Assembly: GCA_022842935.1 (NCBI GenBank) | Contig: JALHOP010000014.1 | Location: 58,053-122,052, forward strand | DNA: 64,000 nt | Direction: 5' to 3' | DNA from: Myxococcota bacterium | Lineage (GTDB): Bacteria > Myxococcota > XYA12-FULL-58-9 > JALHOP01 | Shown here: positions 26,730 to 36,882 of the stretch, in pieces | How positions within the stretch are numbered: the first letter of the stretch is position 1 | Layout: each line of letters opens with the position of its first letter | The notes under the pieces: generated by a model | What the model saw: only the letters and a program-made list of their open reading frames with translations | What the model was told of the DNA's origin: nothing | The model's database searches: none | Translations under genes and position numbers: made by a program

Positions 26730-27625
26730 GGACGGCCACGCGGCTCGCCGACCTCGCGCTAACGTTCTTGATGATCACGCTGCTGACCTTCGCGTTGTCG
26801 CGGGTCGCGCCTGGAGATCCGTACGTCGGCGATACACGCGGCGGCATCGCGAGTGACGCGACAATCGCGGCATGGCAAACGCTGCGCGGGCAAGACGAAC
26901 CGCTGTGGACGCAATATGGTCGATGGCTCGGCGCCAGCCTAACACTCGATTTCGGCCGCTCCTTCATCGACACACGCCCGGTGCGTGAGCTCCTGGTCGA
27001 GGCGCTCGGGACGACGCTCGCGCTAGCTGGAATGGCTGCTCTGCTTACCTACGCTCTCGCGGTGCCTCTCGGAGCGTACCTCGCGCTCTCTCGCAAGCGC
27101 CGCTTGGTGACCGTGGTCGAAAGCGCCTTATTCGTTCTGCATGGCGTACCGGTTTTTTGGGGAGCACTCGTATTGGGGCTGGCGGTCTCGGCATCTGGTC
27201 TCTTCACGGTGCGTGGGTCGTTCATTTTGCCGCTCGTGTGTCTGACGTATCCGGGTCTTGCGCGTATCGCGCGCTATCAGATGGCAGCGACACGCGAGGT
27301 CGCCACCGCCGCGCCAGTGCTCATGGCCCGCGCCAAAGGTCTTCCGGGCGGACTGGTCGCGAGGCGCTACATTTTGCGCGCTTCGTTGGCGGCGCCGCTC
27401 GCTCTTCTGGCGGCGGAGCTACCCTGGCTGCTCGGCGGCAGCGTCGTGGTCGAGCGCATCTTCACCGTGCGCGGCATGGGTATGTTGACGTTCGACGCGA
27501 TCTTGCGACGCGACATCCCCGTCATCATGGGCGCGACCGCTGTCGTCGCGATCGTCGCGCTAACGAGTAGCCTGCTTGCTGACTTCGTTCACGCACGGCT
27601 CGACCCGAGGCTACGACGCGCTTGA
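26726..27625 (+). CDS. ABC transporter permease (DppB/OppB-like)
   Basis: 299 aa. Multi-TM protein with start/stop overlap to neighbours. Confidence 0.85.
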   Translation: MRTATRLADLALTFLMITLLTFALSRVAPGDPYVGDTRGGIASDATIAAWQTLRGQDEPLWTQYGRWLGASLTLDFGRSFIDTRPVRELLVEALGTTLALAGMAALLTYALAVPLGAYLALSRKRRLVTVVESALFVLHGVPVFWGALVLGLAVSASGLFTVRGSFILPLVCLTYPGLARIARYQMAATREVATAAPVLMARAKGLPGGLVARRYILRASLAAPLALLAAELPWLLGGSVVVERIFTVRGMGMLTFDAILRRDIPVIMGATAVVAIVALTSSLLADFVHARLDPRLRRA

Positions 27626-28458
27626 GACCTAAGGCGGCAATCGGCATTCTAGGTATCTGGCTTCTGGTTGCCGCTTTCGCGGACGCTATCGCGAACGATT
27701 CGTCGCGAGCGGTGGTGCGTTGGGGGCCTCACACCGTCGACAAAGACGTCATGCCGACGAGCCCACCGGACTCGGTCCACTGGCTCGGCACCGACACGGC
27801 CCGCCGCGACGTCCTGGCACGGCTCGTCCACGGAACGCGTCCCACCTTGGCAGTCGGCTTCGGCGCCGCGACCATCATGGTGCTCATCGGTGTCGCCATT
27901 GGACTCGGCGCGGGTCACGGTCCGCCAGTGCTCGACCGCCTGCTCACGCGCTTCGCAGATGCAGTCCTCGCCTTGCCCATCTTCTTCGTGGCGCTCGCCG
28001 TCATGGGTGTGGTCGCACGACCAGGGACGGGTCTCGTGATCGCGGTCATCGGCGGGGCGGCGTGGCCCCCTTTGGCGCGTGTCGTGCGCGCCGAGACCAA
28101 ACGCTTGAAGACACTCGACTTCGTGCGAGCGGCCGAAGCCATGGGCGCGTCGCCAATCTACATCGCACGGCGACACGTGTTGCCCCACCTACGGCCGCTC
28201 ATCGCGGTGGCATTCACCTTTGGCGTGGGCACGGCGACACTCGTCGAAGCGTCGCTGACCTTTCTCGGGTTCGGTCTTCCGGACGCGGTCGCGACATGGG
28301 GCGGCCTGATGCGCGGGGCCGCGCATGATCTGGCGGCGTGGTGGCTAGTCCTTGCACCCGGCCTTGCGCTTCTCAGTCTCACCATCGCGTGCAACATGCT
28401 GGGCGAAGCCGTAGGCGCGCCTGGCAGCCGAAGGTTGTCGGATCGTCCCGGCCCCTGA
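27622..28458 (+). CDS. ABC transporter permease (DppC/OppC-like)
   Basis: 278 aa. Multi-TM; overlaps the stop of the preceding permease. Confidence 0.85.
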   Translation: MRPKAAIGILGIWLLVAAFADAIANDSSRAVVRWGPHTVDKDVMPTSPPDSVHWLGTDTARRDVLARLVHGTRPTLAVGFGAATIMVLIGVAIGLGAGHGPPVLDRLLTRFADAVLALPIFFVALAVMGVVARPGTGLVIAVIGGAAWPPLARVVRAETKRLKTLDFVRAAEAMGASPIYIARRHVLPHLRPLIAVAFTFGVGTATLVEASLTFLGFGLPDAVATWGGLMRGAAHDLAAWWLVLAPGLALLSLTIACNMLGEAVGAPGSRRLSDRPGP

Positions 28459-28475
28459 TAGCCTCGGGGCACACG

Positions 28476-29162
28476 ATGGCCAGGGCATCCGACGAAACAG
28501 AGATACGCGAGAGCGAGGCCGTGGCAGAGCCCCCACGGGCGACCCCGCGTGGTCTGATATCGCCGGAGACCGAGCGTGAGCTACGGGCGGCCGCCGAAGA
28601 GCTGGCGCGCGGAGCGCCCATCGGAGCCGAGGTCGATGTCTCACTCGAGCTCGGCGCACCGCCCGTTTTTCCTGGCGCCATGACGGCGGAGCCTGCGCCG
28701 ACCGCGAGTCTGCCGATCACGAGCGCGCCGGGGGACGCCGCGCTCGAAGCGATGCTCACTGACGAGGGCGACGGACAGTCCGACCTTCACGCCATGGTCG
28801 CTGGCACCAGCCCCGAGGAGATGGCCGCGATCCTTCCTGCGGTCGTCGCGCCAGCGGACGACCCCCTGGCGCCACAGTTGCCGCTTTCACTCGAAGAACC
28901 TCCAGCCGTGAGCCGCATCGCGATGGATCAGCTGATGCCGGACCCGAAGGCCCTCGAAGCCCTGCAGAAGCTCGCTGGCGCCGCGGGGCACCCAGAGCGG
29001 ACCCGCAGGGCGTTGACCGGCGCGTTCAACGGCACCTCGTACGACCCGCGCCACCTGCCCGATGCGCGTGTGATGATGGTCGGTATCGCCCGCGTGCTCG
29101 TCGCGCACGGCCTCCCCGCCGAGGAGATGATCGAGGCGGTCATGGCGAGTCTCACCGATTGA
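28476..29162 (+). CDS. Hypothetical acidic Ala/Pro-rich protein embedded in the ABC operon
   Basis: Start chosen at ATG 28476 (MARASDETEIRE). Low-complexity acidic protein between permease and ATPase genes. Confidence 0.45.
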   Translation: MARASDETEIRESEAVAEPPRATPRGLISPETERELRAAAEELARGAPIGAEVDVSLELGAPPVFPGAMTAEPAPTASLPITSAPGDAALEAMLTDEGDGQSDLHAMVAGTSPEEMAAILPAVVAPADDPLAPQLPLSLEEPPAVSRIAMDQLMPDPKALEALQKLAGAAGHPERTRRALTGAFNGTSYDPRHLPDARVMMVGIARVLVAHGLPAEEMIEAVMASLTD

Positions 29163-29848
29163 CGACTGTCTGCTATAGCGACAGACTCGAGACCACGCCG
29201 CTGCTCACGGTGCAGAAGCTCACCAAGAACTACCGGATGCCGGGCTTGCGGCGGCGCACCATACAGGCTCTCAAACCGATCTCGTTCGAGCTTGGCCGTG
29301 GTGAGCTCGTCGTCGTCGAGGGACCGAGCGGCGTTGGCAAAACGACCCTCCTCCGTTGCCTCGCGCGGATTCTCGAGCCCGATGGCGGCGTCTTGCTGTG
29401 GCGAGGACGCGACGTGACCCACGCGCGCGGGAGAGAACTACGTGACTATCGACGACGGGTTCGCTTGTTGTTCCAGCACCCAAGCTCGGCCCTCGACCCA
29501 CGCTTCACCGTTCTCGCGAGCGTCGCCGAGCCCGTGCTACTCACCGGTTCACGTGGAGCCGAGGCGGACCAGCTGGCGCGGGACGCACTCGCTAGAACCG
29601 GCGCCGCGAGCCTCGCCGAGCGCTTTCCGGGCACACTCTCGGGTGGGGAGCGTCAACGTGTCGCACTTGCTCGGGCCTTGGTTGGCACGCCAGAGCTGGT
29701 CCTGGCCGACGAGCCCGTTTCGGCGCTCGACGAGGCCGCCCGGGACGAATCCCTACAGACGTTGGTGAGGCTCCAGGCGGAGCTGGGCTTTGCCTGCTTG
29801 CTCGTGAGCCACGCCCAGGTTGTTGCCGGGCGGCGTCTACGCCTATAG
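29159..29848 (+). CDS. ABC transporter ATP-binding protein
   Basis: Walker A GPSGVGKTT, ABC signature LSGGERQRV, Walker B LVLADEP. Start is TTG at 29159, or ATG at 29237. Confidence 0.85.
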   Translation: MTTVCYSDRLETTPLLTVQKLTKNYRMPGLRRRTIQALKPISFELGRGELVVVEGPSGVGKTTLLRCLARILEPDGGVLLWRGRDVTHARGRELRDYRRRVRLLFQHPSSALDPRFTVLASVAEPVLLTGSRGAEADQLARDALARTGAASLAERFPGTLSGGERQRVALARALVGTPELVLADEPVSALDEAARDESLQTLVRLQAELGFACLLVSHAQVVAGRRLRL

Positions 29849-29857
29849 CGTCACGCC

Positions 29858-31840
29858 ATGCATTCGCTCCTTGGACAAGCTGCGGTCTTGCTCGCGCTCC
29901 TCGCGGCTAGCTTCGGGGTTGTGGTGGGCTACATCGGCGGGGCCCGCCAAAGCCTGCGTCTGTTGAACCTCACCGAGCGCGCGGCCTACCTCTTCGCCGG
30001 GGCGATGGTCTTCGCCAACGTGGTCATGATGCGTGCCCTGCTCGCTCACGACTTCGAGGTGAAATACGTCGCGCAGGTCGGCAGTCGTGCCTCGCCCACG
30101 TGGGTCACCATCGTCTCGCTCTGGTCGTCACTCGAGGGTTCGATCTTGTTCTGGGGCGCGATCCTCGGGGTTTACGTCGCCGCCTTCACGTATTTCAACC
30201 GCCAGGCCTACCGCGAATACATGGCCTACGCGCTCGCCACCATTCTCTTCGTGGCCGCGTTTTTCACCCTCCTCGTGGCTGGCGTCGCGAATCCGTTCAC
30301 CGCGATCTCGCCCATACCGCCGGACGGCCCGGGGCCGAATCCGCTATTGCAGAATCATCTTTTGATGGTCATCCACCCGCCCTCGCTCTATCTGGGCTAC
30401 GTCGGCATGACGGTGCCGTTCGGTATCGCCGTGGCGGCGTTGTTGCGCGGCCGGCTCTCCGAGGGCTGGCTCAAGCCGCTGCGTCGTTGGACGATGATTC
30501 CTTGGACCTTCTTGTCGATCGGCATCGTTCTCGGCGGCTGGTGGGCCTACGAGGTACTTGGCTGGGGTGGCTACTGGGCGTGGGATCCGGTCGAGAACGC
30601 TTCGCTTCTGCCATGGCTCGCCGCGACCGGTTACCTCCACTCGACAGTCGTGCAGGAGCGTCGCCGCATCCTGAAGGCCTGGACCCTCTCCCTCGTGCTC
30701 GGCGCGTTCCTGCTGACCATCCTGGGCACATTCATGACGCGCTCGGGTGTGTTCAACTCGGTTCACTCGTTCACGCAGTCGCCAATCGGGCCCGTGTTCC
30801 TCGCGTTCCTCGCCATCGTCATGATCGGCTCGATCGGCCTCCTCGTTGGGCGCGCGCACTTGCTCGAGAGCGAAGGGCGCATCGAGGCGGTGCTGAGTCG
30901 CGAGAGCGCCTTCTTGCTCAACAATCTCATCTTCGTCGTGCTCACCTTCACGGTGCTCCTGGGCACGGTGTTTCCGCTGGTGACCGAAGCCGTGCGCGGC
31001 ACCCAGGTGAGCGTGGGCGAGCCCTACTTCAACCGTATGGCCGTGCCTATCGGCCTCCTCATGGTCTTCATGATGGGCGTGGGTCCGGTCTTGCCTTGGG
31101 GAAAGCCGCAGAGCAGCGAGGTCTTCCGCAGCTTTGCGGTCCCATTGGCCGCGCTGGTTGTGGTGATGGTGGCCTGCTTCGCCTTCGGGGTGCGCGAGTG
31201 GCTCACGCTCTTCACCTTCGGACTCTGCGGATTCGCGATGGCCGTGACCCTCCGCGAGATGGTCGCTCCAGCGCGCGAGCGGCGAAAACGGCGTCAAGAA
31301 GGGTTCGTTTCCGCGCTCGCCGGCAGCATCGCGGCCAACCGCAGGCGCTTCGGGGGTTACGTCGTTCATATCGCCGTCATCGTCATCGTCGCTGCGGTGT
31401 CAGCCTCCGCCACTTACAAGGCGACGGTCGAGGCATCGCTCAGCCCAGGCGACAGCTTCCGCGTCGGCAAGTACACGCTCACCTATGATCGGGGTGGCTT
31501 GAAGAAACAGGAACACCGCGACACCGTTTTAGCGCACATGACGGTCAAAGATGGGGATAAGATCGTCGGGTACATGGCGCCCGCGCTCAACTACTATGAC
31601 CGTCAACGTGAGCCCATCGGCACACCCGACGTCTTCACCATCGGACAAAACGATCTGTACCTCTCGCTTCTGTCGATGGAGCGCGACGGCAGTCGTATCG
31701 GTGTCCGCGCCTTCACCATCCCGCTCGTGGTCTGGCTCTGGTACGCGATTCCTCTCCTCGCGGCCGGCTCGCTCATCGCCCTATGGCCAAAGCGCCGGAC
31801 GCAGACCGCCACGTTACCCGAAGGAGCGGCCACGACATGA
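29858..31840 (+). CDS. ccmF: Cytochrome c-type biogenesis protein CcmF (heme lyase subunit)
   Basis: 660 aa polytopic membrane protein with WGGYWAWDPVEN (WWD) motif. Confidence 0.9.
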   Translation: MHSLLGQAAVLLALLAASFGVVVGYIGGARQSLRLLNLTERAAYLFAGAMVFANVVMMRALLAHDFEVKYVAQVGSRASPTWVTIVSLWSSLEGSILFWGAILGVYVAAFTYFNRQAYREYMAYALATILFVAAFFTLLVAGVANPFTAISPIPPDGPGPNPLLQNHLLMVIHPPSLYLGYVGMTVPFGIAVAALLRGRLSEGWLKPLRRWTMIPWTFLSIGIVLGGWWAYEVLGWGGYWAWDPVENASLLPWLAATGYLHSTVVQERRRILKAWTLSLVLGAFLLTILGTFMTRSGVFNSVHSFTQSPIGPVFLAFLAIVMIGSIGLLVGRAHLLESEGRIEAVLSRESAFLLNNLIFVVLTFTVLLGTVFPLVTEAVRGTQVSVGEPYFNRMAVPIGLLMVFMMGVGPVLPWGKPQSSEVFRSFAVPLAALVVVMVACFAFGVREWLTLFTFGLCGFAMAVTLREMVAPARERRKRRQEGFVSALAGSIAANRRRFGGYVVHIAVIVIVAAVSASATYKATVEASLSPGDSFRVGKYTLTYDRGGLKKQEHRDTVLAHMTVKDGDKIVGYMAPALNYYDRQREPIGTPDVFTIGQNDLYLSLLSMERDGSRIGVRAFTIPLVVWLWYAIPLLAAGSLIALWPKRRTQTATLPEGAATT

Positions 31841-32358
31841 AGTGGCGCAACGTCGTCATCGCGGCGCTCATCCTCTTGCCGATCATCGGTCTGCTGGCCT
31901 TCGGGTTCGGGCGCGACCCGCACGCGGTTCCCTTCGCGCTGCGCGACAAACCAGCCCCGGACTTCACCCTGCACACGCTCTCTGGCGGAACGATGAAGCT
32001 GTCCGAAATGCGCGGGAAGCCCGTGGTCATCAACTTCTGGGCGAGCTGGTGCGAGCCATGCAAGTACGAACACGACATGTTGCAGCAGGCCTCGAGCTAC
32101 TACGGTGAGACCGTCCAGTTCATTGGCATCGTCTACCAGGACACCGAAGAGGCCGTGCGGGGCTATCTGCAAAAGCACGCGAGCGTCTATCCGCACCTGC
32201 TCGATCCGACGACTTCCGTCGCCATCGACTACGGCATCTCAGGCGTGCCCGAGACCTACCTCGTCGACAAAGACGGCGTCGTTCGCGAGAAGTCGCCTGG
32301 CGTCATTAGCGGCAAGGAGCTGCGCCGCTGGCTCGACAACCGCCTGGGGGGGTCATGA
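31837..32358 (+). CDS. ccmG: Thiol:disulfide interchange protein CcmG/DsbE (TlpA family thioredoxin)
   Basis: ATGA overlap with ccmF. N-terminal TM anchor; thioredoxin motif WASWCEPC. Confidence 0.85.
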   Translation: MKWRNVVIAALILLPIIGLLAFGFGRDPHAVPFALRDKPAPDFTLHTLSGGTMKLSEMRGKPVVINFWASWCEPCKYEHDMLQQASSYYGETVQFIGIVYQDTEEAVRGYLQKHASVYPHLLDPTTSVAIDYGISGVPETYLVDKDGVVREKSPGVISGKELRRWLDNRLGGS

Positions 32359-32774
32359 GCTTTCTGGTCGCCTTGTTGCTCGTCGCCGCCGATCCTGTGT
32401 CCGCCGAAGCGGAAGCACATGCGATTGGCCAACGCTTGCGCTGCCCGGTCTGTCAGGGCATGCCGATCAGCGAGTCGCCCTCCGAAATGGCGCAGGCGAT
32501 GATGGGCAAAGTCCGTGAGATGCAGGCCGAGGGAAAATCCCGCGAGCAGATTATCGACTACTTCACACAGCGCTACGGCGACTGGGTGCTCCTCGACCCG
32601 CGCAAAGAAGGCGTGCTGATCTTCTTGTGGGCTCTGCCTCCGGTGGCGTTGCTGGTGGGGCTCATCGTGTTGCGGCGCTACACGAAGCGCCAGGCGCCCG
32701 CGAAGGCGACGCGAGTCGCCGCGGTTGCCGCCGATCCTTATCTCGATGCGGTTCGCCGTGAGGTCGAGCAATGA
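32355..32774 (+). CDS. ccmH: Cytochrome c-type biogenesis protein CcmH/CycL
   Basis: 139 aa. LRCPVCQG motif, C-terminal TM. Confidence 0.8.
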   Translation: MSFLVALLLVAADPVSAEAEAHAIGQRLRCPVCQGMPISESPSEMAQAMMGKVREMQAEGKSREQIIDYFTQRYGDWVLLDPRKEGVLIFLWALPPVALLVGLIVLRRYTKRQAPAKATRVAAVAADPYLDAVRREVEQ

Positions 32775-33640
32775 CTCTGGCGGAATGGCTGCCGGGAATC
32801 ATCGTCCTCGTTACAGGCGCGATCATCGGCGTGCTCGTCGCGAAGCTCGCACGGCGCGCCGGGGTGGCGACCGACCGCGACATGACGCTCCGTGACCTCG
32901 AAGAGCGCGTCGAGCACGCGGTCAATCAACTCAGGGACCTGCAGCTCCAAGAAGCTCGTATCGAGCCTGCGTTCTACGCGGAGCAACGTGCCGAGCTCGA
33001 GGGCCGCGCAGCGACTGCCTTGCGTGAACGCGACGCTGTCCTCGCCGGCAAGGACGTCATCAAGAGCGGTCCCGATCGCCCGAAGCGCGCAGCACCCGAC
33101 GGCGAGGTTTCCCCCGCCGTCGCTTGGTTCGACGCCCGCCCGTGGGCGCGGACACTCGCTTGGGTTCTTGGCGTTGGCATCGTTGGGGGCATCCTCATCG
33201 CGAGCGTCGCCATCGAGCAAAAGCCGCGCGAGCAGACCGGCGGGCCGATGACCGGGGGCCCCGCGCCCGATCCGAACGACGCGCAGCAGCTCCTCGCCCA
33301 CGCGCGGCAGATGCTCGCTAGCCAGCGCTTCGAAGAGGCCCAGGCCGCCATCGCGCGTGTCCGGCGGCTCGCCCCAGACAATCAGGTGGCCATGGTTTAC
33401 GAGGCCGTGCTCATGGCCGCGGCTGGCGACGTCGCGGGCGCCAATAGCCAACTCGATCGCCTCACGGGCGAGAACCCGCGGCTCCCTGACGCTTGGCTCT
33501 TCCGTGGCATGCTCGCGATGCAAGCGGGCAATATGGATCGCATGCGCGAGAGCTTCACGCAGTTCGTCGCGGTTGCTCCCGAGAGCCCGCAGCGTGAGCG
33601 CATCAAGGCCATGCTCGAGCGCGCCGCACCGCCACAGTAG
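32771..33640 (+). CDS. TPR-repeat cytochrome c biogenesis factor (CcmI/CycH-like)
   Basis: 289 aa. N-terminal TM, second TM, C-terminal TPR-like helices. Position directly after ccmH. Confidence 0.6.
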   Translation: MTLAEWLPGIIVLVTGAIIGVLVAKLARRAGVATDRDMTLRDLEERVEHAVNQLRDLQLQEARIEPAFYAEQRAELEGRAATALRERDAVLAGKDVIKSGPDRPKRAAPDGEVSPAVAWFDARPWARTLAWVLGVGIVGGILIASVAIEQKPREQTGGPMTGGPAPDPNDAQQLLAHARQMLASQRFEEAQAAIARVRRLAPDNQVAMVYEAVLMAAAGDVAGANSQLDRLTGENPRLPDAWLFRGMLAMQAGNMDRMRESFTQFVAVAPESPQRERIKAMLERAAPPQ

Positions 33641-33735
33641 CGCGAAGGGCTTCGAGGGGCGGCCTTTCGCGGTTTCGGACTCGAGTCATCGGTGCAGTCG
33701 GCGAAAGTTGCGTCAATGTCGCACCCAGACGTAGC

Positions 33736-34803
33736 TTGGCCAGCGAAATGCCCCCAACCCCCGCCCAGCAATTTTCGCGACTGACGAGTTGGTTCGCCGC
33801 GCGCTCCCCGGCGCGCATCATTCCGATCGTTATCGTCGTCCTCGGTATCTTCATCATGTTCAACGCCTGCTACGACTACGTCGCGCCCTACGAGGCCGGC
33901 ATCAAAGAGTCGCGGTACGGCAGCGGCATCCAGACGGAGATCTACGAAGGTGGCCACTGGTACTTCACGGCCCCCGGCGTCACCCTGCATCGCTTCCCGC
34001 TCGCGCTACAGGCGCTCGAGATGACCGAGAGCACGAGCAGCGAAGCCCCCTGGGCAGGAGATGTCCGTCATACCGGACTCATCGAGGTCGATACCTCCGA
34101 CGGCTCGAAGGTGAAGGTCGACGCCACGGTGCTCTACAGAATCGTCGACCCCTATGCGGTGATGACGAAAATCGGCCCCGGGCGGACCTTCGAAGACGCG
34201 GCGCTCATCCCGAAATCGATGCTGTCGCTCAAGAAGAACTTGGGGCAGCTACTCGCCGAGGATTTCTATCACGAGTCACGGCGCATCCAGCGCACCATGG
34301 CAGCGCGTGACGAGATGAACCAGCTCCTCAAGGACGTCGGCATCGAGGTCGACCACGTCCTCGTGCGTCAGTACTACTACGAGGCCGGCTACCAAGAGCA
34401 GATCGAGAACCGGAAGGTGCAAGACCAGCTCGTCTTCACCAACAAGTCGAAGGGCGACGCCGCCAAAGAAGACGCCGAGCGACGCAAGGTTGAATCGGAG
34501 GGCCAGGCCTCCGTCGACGTCGAGACCCAGCGTGGCGAAGCCGAGGTCACCAAGATCCGCGCCGAGGCCGACCTCTACAAGCGCAAGAAGGAGGCCGAGG
34601 GCGACGCGCAGGTGCGCATCGCGGAAGCAAAGGGCACCGCGCTCGTCAACGAGGCGTATTCGTCGAGCGGCACCACGAACCTCGTGGCGCTCGAAATGGT
34701 GAAGGTGCTCGAGGGTATCAACCTCATCGTCGTCGGCGACGAGACCCACGGCGTCAACCCGCTCAACATCAACGCGATGATGAAAATGATTGGTGCCGAA
34801 TGA
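33736..34803 (+). CDS. SPFH/band-7 domain protein (HflK/HflC/prohibitin-like)
   Basis: 355 aa. N-terminal TM, SPFH core and a charged coiled-coil C-terminus. Confidence 0.8.
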   Translation: MASEMPPTPAQQFSRLTSWFAARSPARIIPIVIVVLGIFIMFNACYDYVAPYEAGIKESRYGSGIQTEIYEGGHWYFTAPGVTLHRFPLALQALEMTESTSSEAPWAGDVRHTGLIEVDTSDGSKVKVDATVLYRIVDPYAVMTKIGPGRTFEDAALIPKSMLSLKKNLGQLLAEDFYHESRRIQRTMAARDEMNQLLKDVGIEVDHVLVRQYYYEAGYQEQIENRKVQDQLVFTNKSKGDAAKEDAERRKVESEGQASVDVETQRGEAEVTKIRAEADLYKRKKEAEGDAQVRIAEAKGTALVNEAYSSSGTTNLVALEMVKVLEGINLIVVGDETHGVNPLNINAMMKMIGAE

Positions 34804-35840
34804 TGCGCACAACGATTCCGTTTCTCCGCGGCCTCGCCGCCGTTCGTACCGCGTCACTTGCGGCGTTACTGGCCTTCGCGGCCACAGGCTGCGCTCAACG
34901 CTCGACCGGCTCGACCGAGGTCGGGGTGCGCGTCAACAAGCTGACCGGCGTCGACCAGACCATTTACGCTCCGGGCGGCACCTACTTCTTCATGCCGTTC
35001 GTAAATGACTGGTACACGTTCAGCACACAGACCCAGGCGCTCGCCATGACGCGCTCGAACAACAACGGGCAGCGCGACGAACAAGACGACGTCGAGTTCA
35101 AGACGCGCGACGGCAACGACGTCGGTGTCGATGTCACGGTGCTTTACCGCATCGATCCACAGCAGGCGATCCACATCCTCAAAGCGGTCGCGGTAAGTGA
35201 CGAAGACCTGCGCGAGAAAGTGGTACGTCCGCTATCGCGTGCGCTGGTGCGCGACGCCTTGAACGGGCTGACCTCGGAAGAGATCTACACCGACAAGAAG
35301 TTCAAGGCGGGCCAAGAGGCCGTCGAGACTCTGAACGCGGCGCTCAAGGCTTACGGTGTTGCCTGCGAAAACATCACGCTGGGCGATCACCGCTTCCACC
35401 CGAAATACCAGGAAGCCATCGTCAACAAGAAGGTCTACGACCAGTCGGTCAACACCAATCGGTCCGCCAAAGAGGCCGCGCTGGGAGCCTGGGTCGCGGC
35501 GCTCGAGAAGACCCGCGGCGACGTCGAGCAGCAGATCGCCCAGGAGCAGGGATCTGCGCAACGCGCCAAGCTCGCCGCCGACGCATACGCCTTCTCGAAG
35601 CAGAAGGAAGCCGAAGCGATCATGGCGCAGAAGCAAGCCGAGGCGAAGGGGGTCATCGAGCTCAACCGCGCCATGGCAAGCGCTGGCGGTCGCACCAACG
35701 TGAAGCTCGCGCTCGCGCGGGCCCTCCAGGGCAAGCGCATCGTCGTCCTCCCGGGCGGCGGCAACGCCGTCGGTCTGCAGAAGGTCGACATCAACGATCT
35801 CATCAAGAGCTCGATCGCGCGCGAAGCAACAGACAACTAA
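34800..35840 (+). CDS. SPFH/band-7 domain lipoprotein
   Basis: 346 aa. ATGA overlap with the preceding gene. Lipobox (AATGC), SPFH-like core, coiled-coil C-terminus. Confidence 0.75.
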   Translation: MMRTTIPFLRGLAAVRTASLAALLAFAATGCAQRSTGSTEVGVRVNKLTGVDQTIYAPGGTYFFMPFVNDWYTFSTQTQALAMTRSNNNGQRDEQDDVEFKTRDGNDVGVDVTVLYRIDPQQAIHILKAVAVSDEDLREKVVRPLSRALVRDALNGLTSEEIYTDKKFKAGQEAVETLNAALKAYGVACENITLGDHRFHPKYQEAIVNKKVYDQSVNTNRSAKEAALGAWVAALEKTRGDVEQQIAQEQGSAQRAKLAADAYAFSKQKEAEAIMAQKQAEAKGVIELNRAMASAGGRTNVKLALARALQGKRIVVLPGGGNAVGLQKVDINDLIKSSIAREATDN

Positions 35841-35879
35841 AAGCAGGCCCCACGGGGCCAAGATTTAAACGAGGCTGAC

Positions 35880-36485
35880 ATGAAAATCGTTCCCCAGCTC
35901 ACGATTGCTCTTCTTGCGGCCGGCATCGGCGTTGCCGGCTGCGCGAAGTCTGAACCAACGACGACCCCGGCTGCGCAAACCACTGCGGTCATTCCGGCCG
36001 CGCCTTCAGTCGACGACGAGCTCGCCCGACTCAAAACGGTGACACCGGTCGATGCCTGTGCCCTGCTCCCGCCCGAGAAGCTCGCTGCGGCCTTTCCCGG
36101 ACTGCGTTTCGAAGTGCGTCAGAAGCTCGAGCCGCGCATGAGCGGCTATACGTGGGACTCGCGATGCACCTACTGGGCCGGCGTCGGCTCGATGGAGTTT
36201 GCGAAGGATACGCCGACACATACTTTCGACATCTTCGTCAACACGGTTGTCTCCGAGGACAAGGCGAAGGCGAACCTCAAGTCGCGCCACGAAACGGCCA
36301 CCACGAGCACAGGCTACCAAGCGCAAACGACGCTCGGGCCTTCGGCCTACACCATCATCAACACCGGCGTGGCGTCGCTCTTCTTCACGAAGGGCCAAGC
36401 GGAAATTCAGCTCAACACCTCGGACCTAAATTCGAAGAACGACGAAAAGGTCGCAAAGCTCATCGCGATCGCGCAGGCCCTGTGA
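35880..36485 (+). CDS. Lipoprotein, unknown function
   Basis: 201 aa. Signal plus lipobox (GVAGC). Confidence 0.6.
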   Translation: MKIVPQLTIALLAAGIGVAGCAKSEPTTTPAAQTTAVIPAAPSVDDELARLKTVTPVDACALLPPEKLAAAFPGLRFEVRQKLEPRMSGYTWDSRCTYWAGVGSMEFAKDTPTHTFDIFVNTVVSEDKAKANLKSRHETATTSTGYQAQTTLGPSAYTIINTGVASLFFTKGQAEIQLNTSDLNSKNDEKVAKLIAIAQAL

Positions 36486-36531
36486 GCGCGTCAGCACAGC
36501 CGTCGAGCCCAGCTGGCGTGTAGGTCAGGGC

Positions 36532-36819
36532 ATGCAGAAACACGCCGACGTGCCCGAGCTTACACGCCTGCAACGCGCCAAATTCGTTCACGATATCCAG
36601 CGTTACCTGCGCCCCGTCCAAGCGACGCTGCACGCAGGAGGTATCGACATGACGCAGATGCAGTACGACGGCCGCGTGCTCTTCATCGGGGTCGACGCGA
36701 ACCGTCCGCCAGACGGCAACCTCGAGATCCGCGAGCAGACCGTGCGCACGATCCTCACGACGCGCTGGCCGGTGCTCGAGGTCGGTTTCCACCCCGTCGC
36801 CATGAACCCGGCTCCCTAA
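36532..36819 (+). CDS. Small hypothetical protein
   Basis: 95 aa ORF with no recognisable motif. Confidence 0.3.
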   Translation: MQKHADVPELTRLQRAKFVHDIQRYLRPVQATLHAGGIDMTQMQYDGRVLFIGVDANRPPDGNLEIREQTVRTILTTRWPVLEVGFHPVAMNPAP

Positions 36820-36882
36820 CGCCCAGGCCTCTTTTCCGGGCAGAGGCATTCGACCGCGTCGCGCCTGCTTGTCCCCGCACGA

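Noticed and set aside
30100-31488. 462-aa plus-strand and 341-aa minus-strand ORFs inside ccmF
   Set aside because: Alternative or antisense frames of a high-confidence polytopic CcmF gene; Arg/His-rich.
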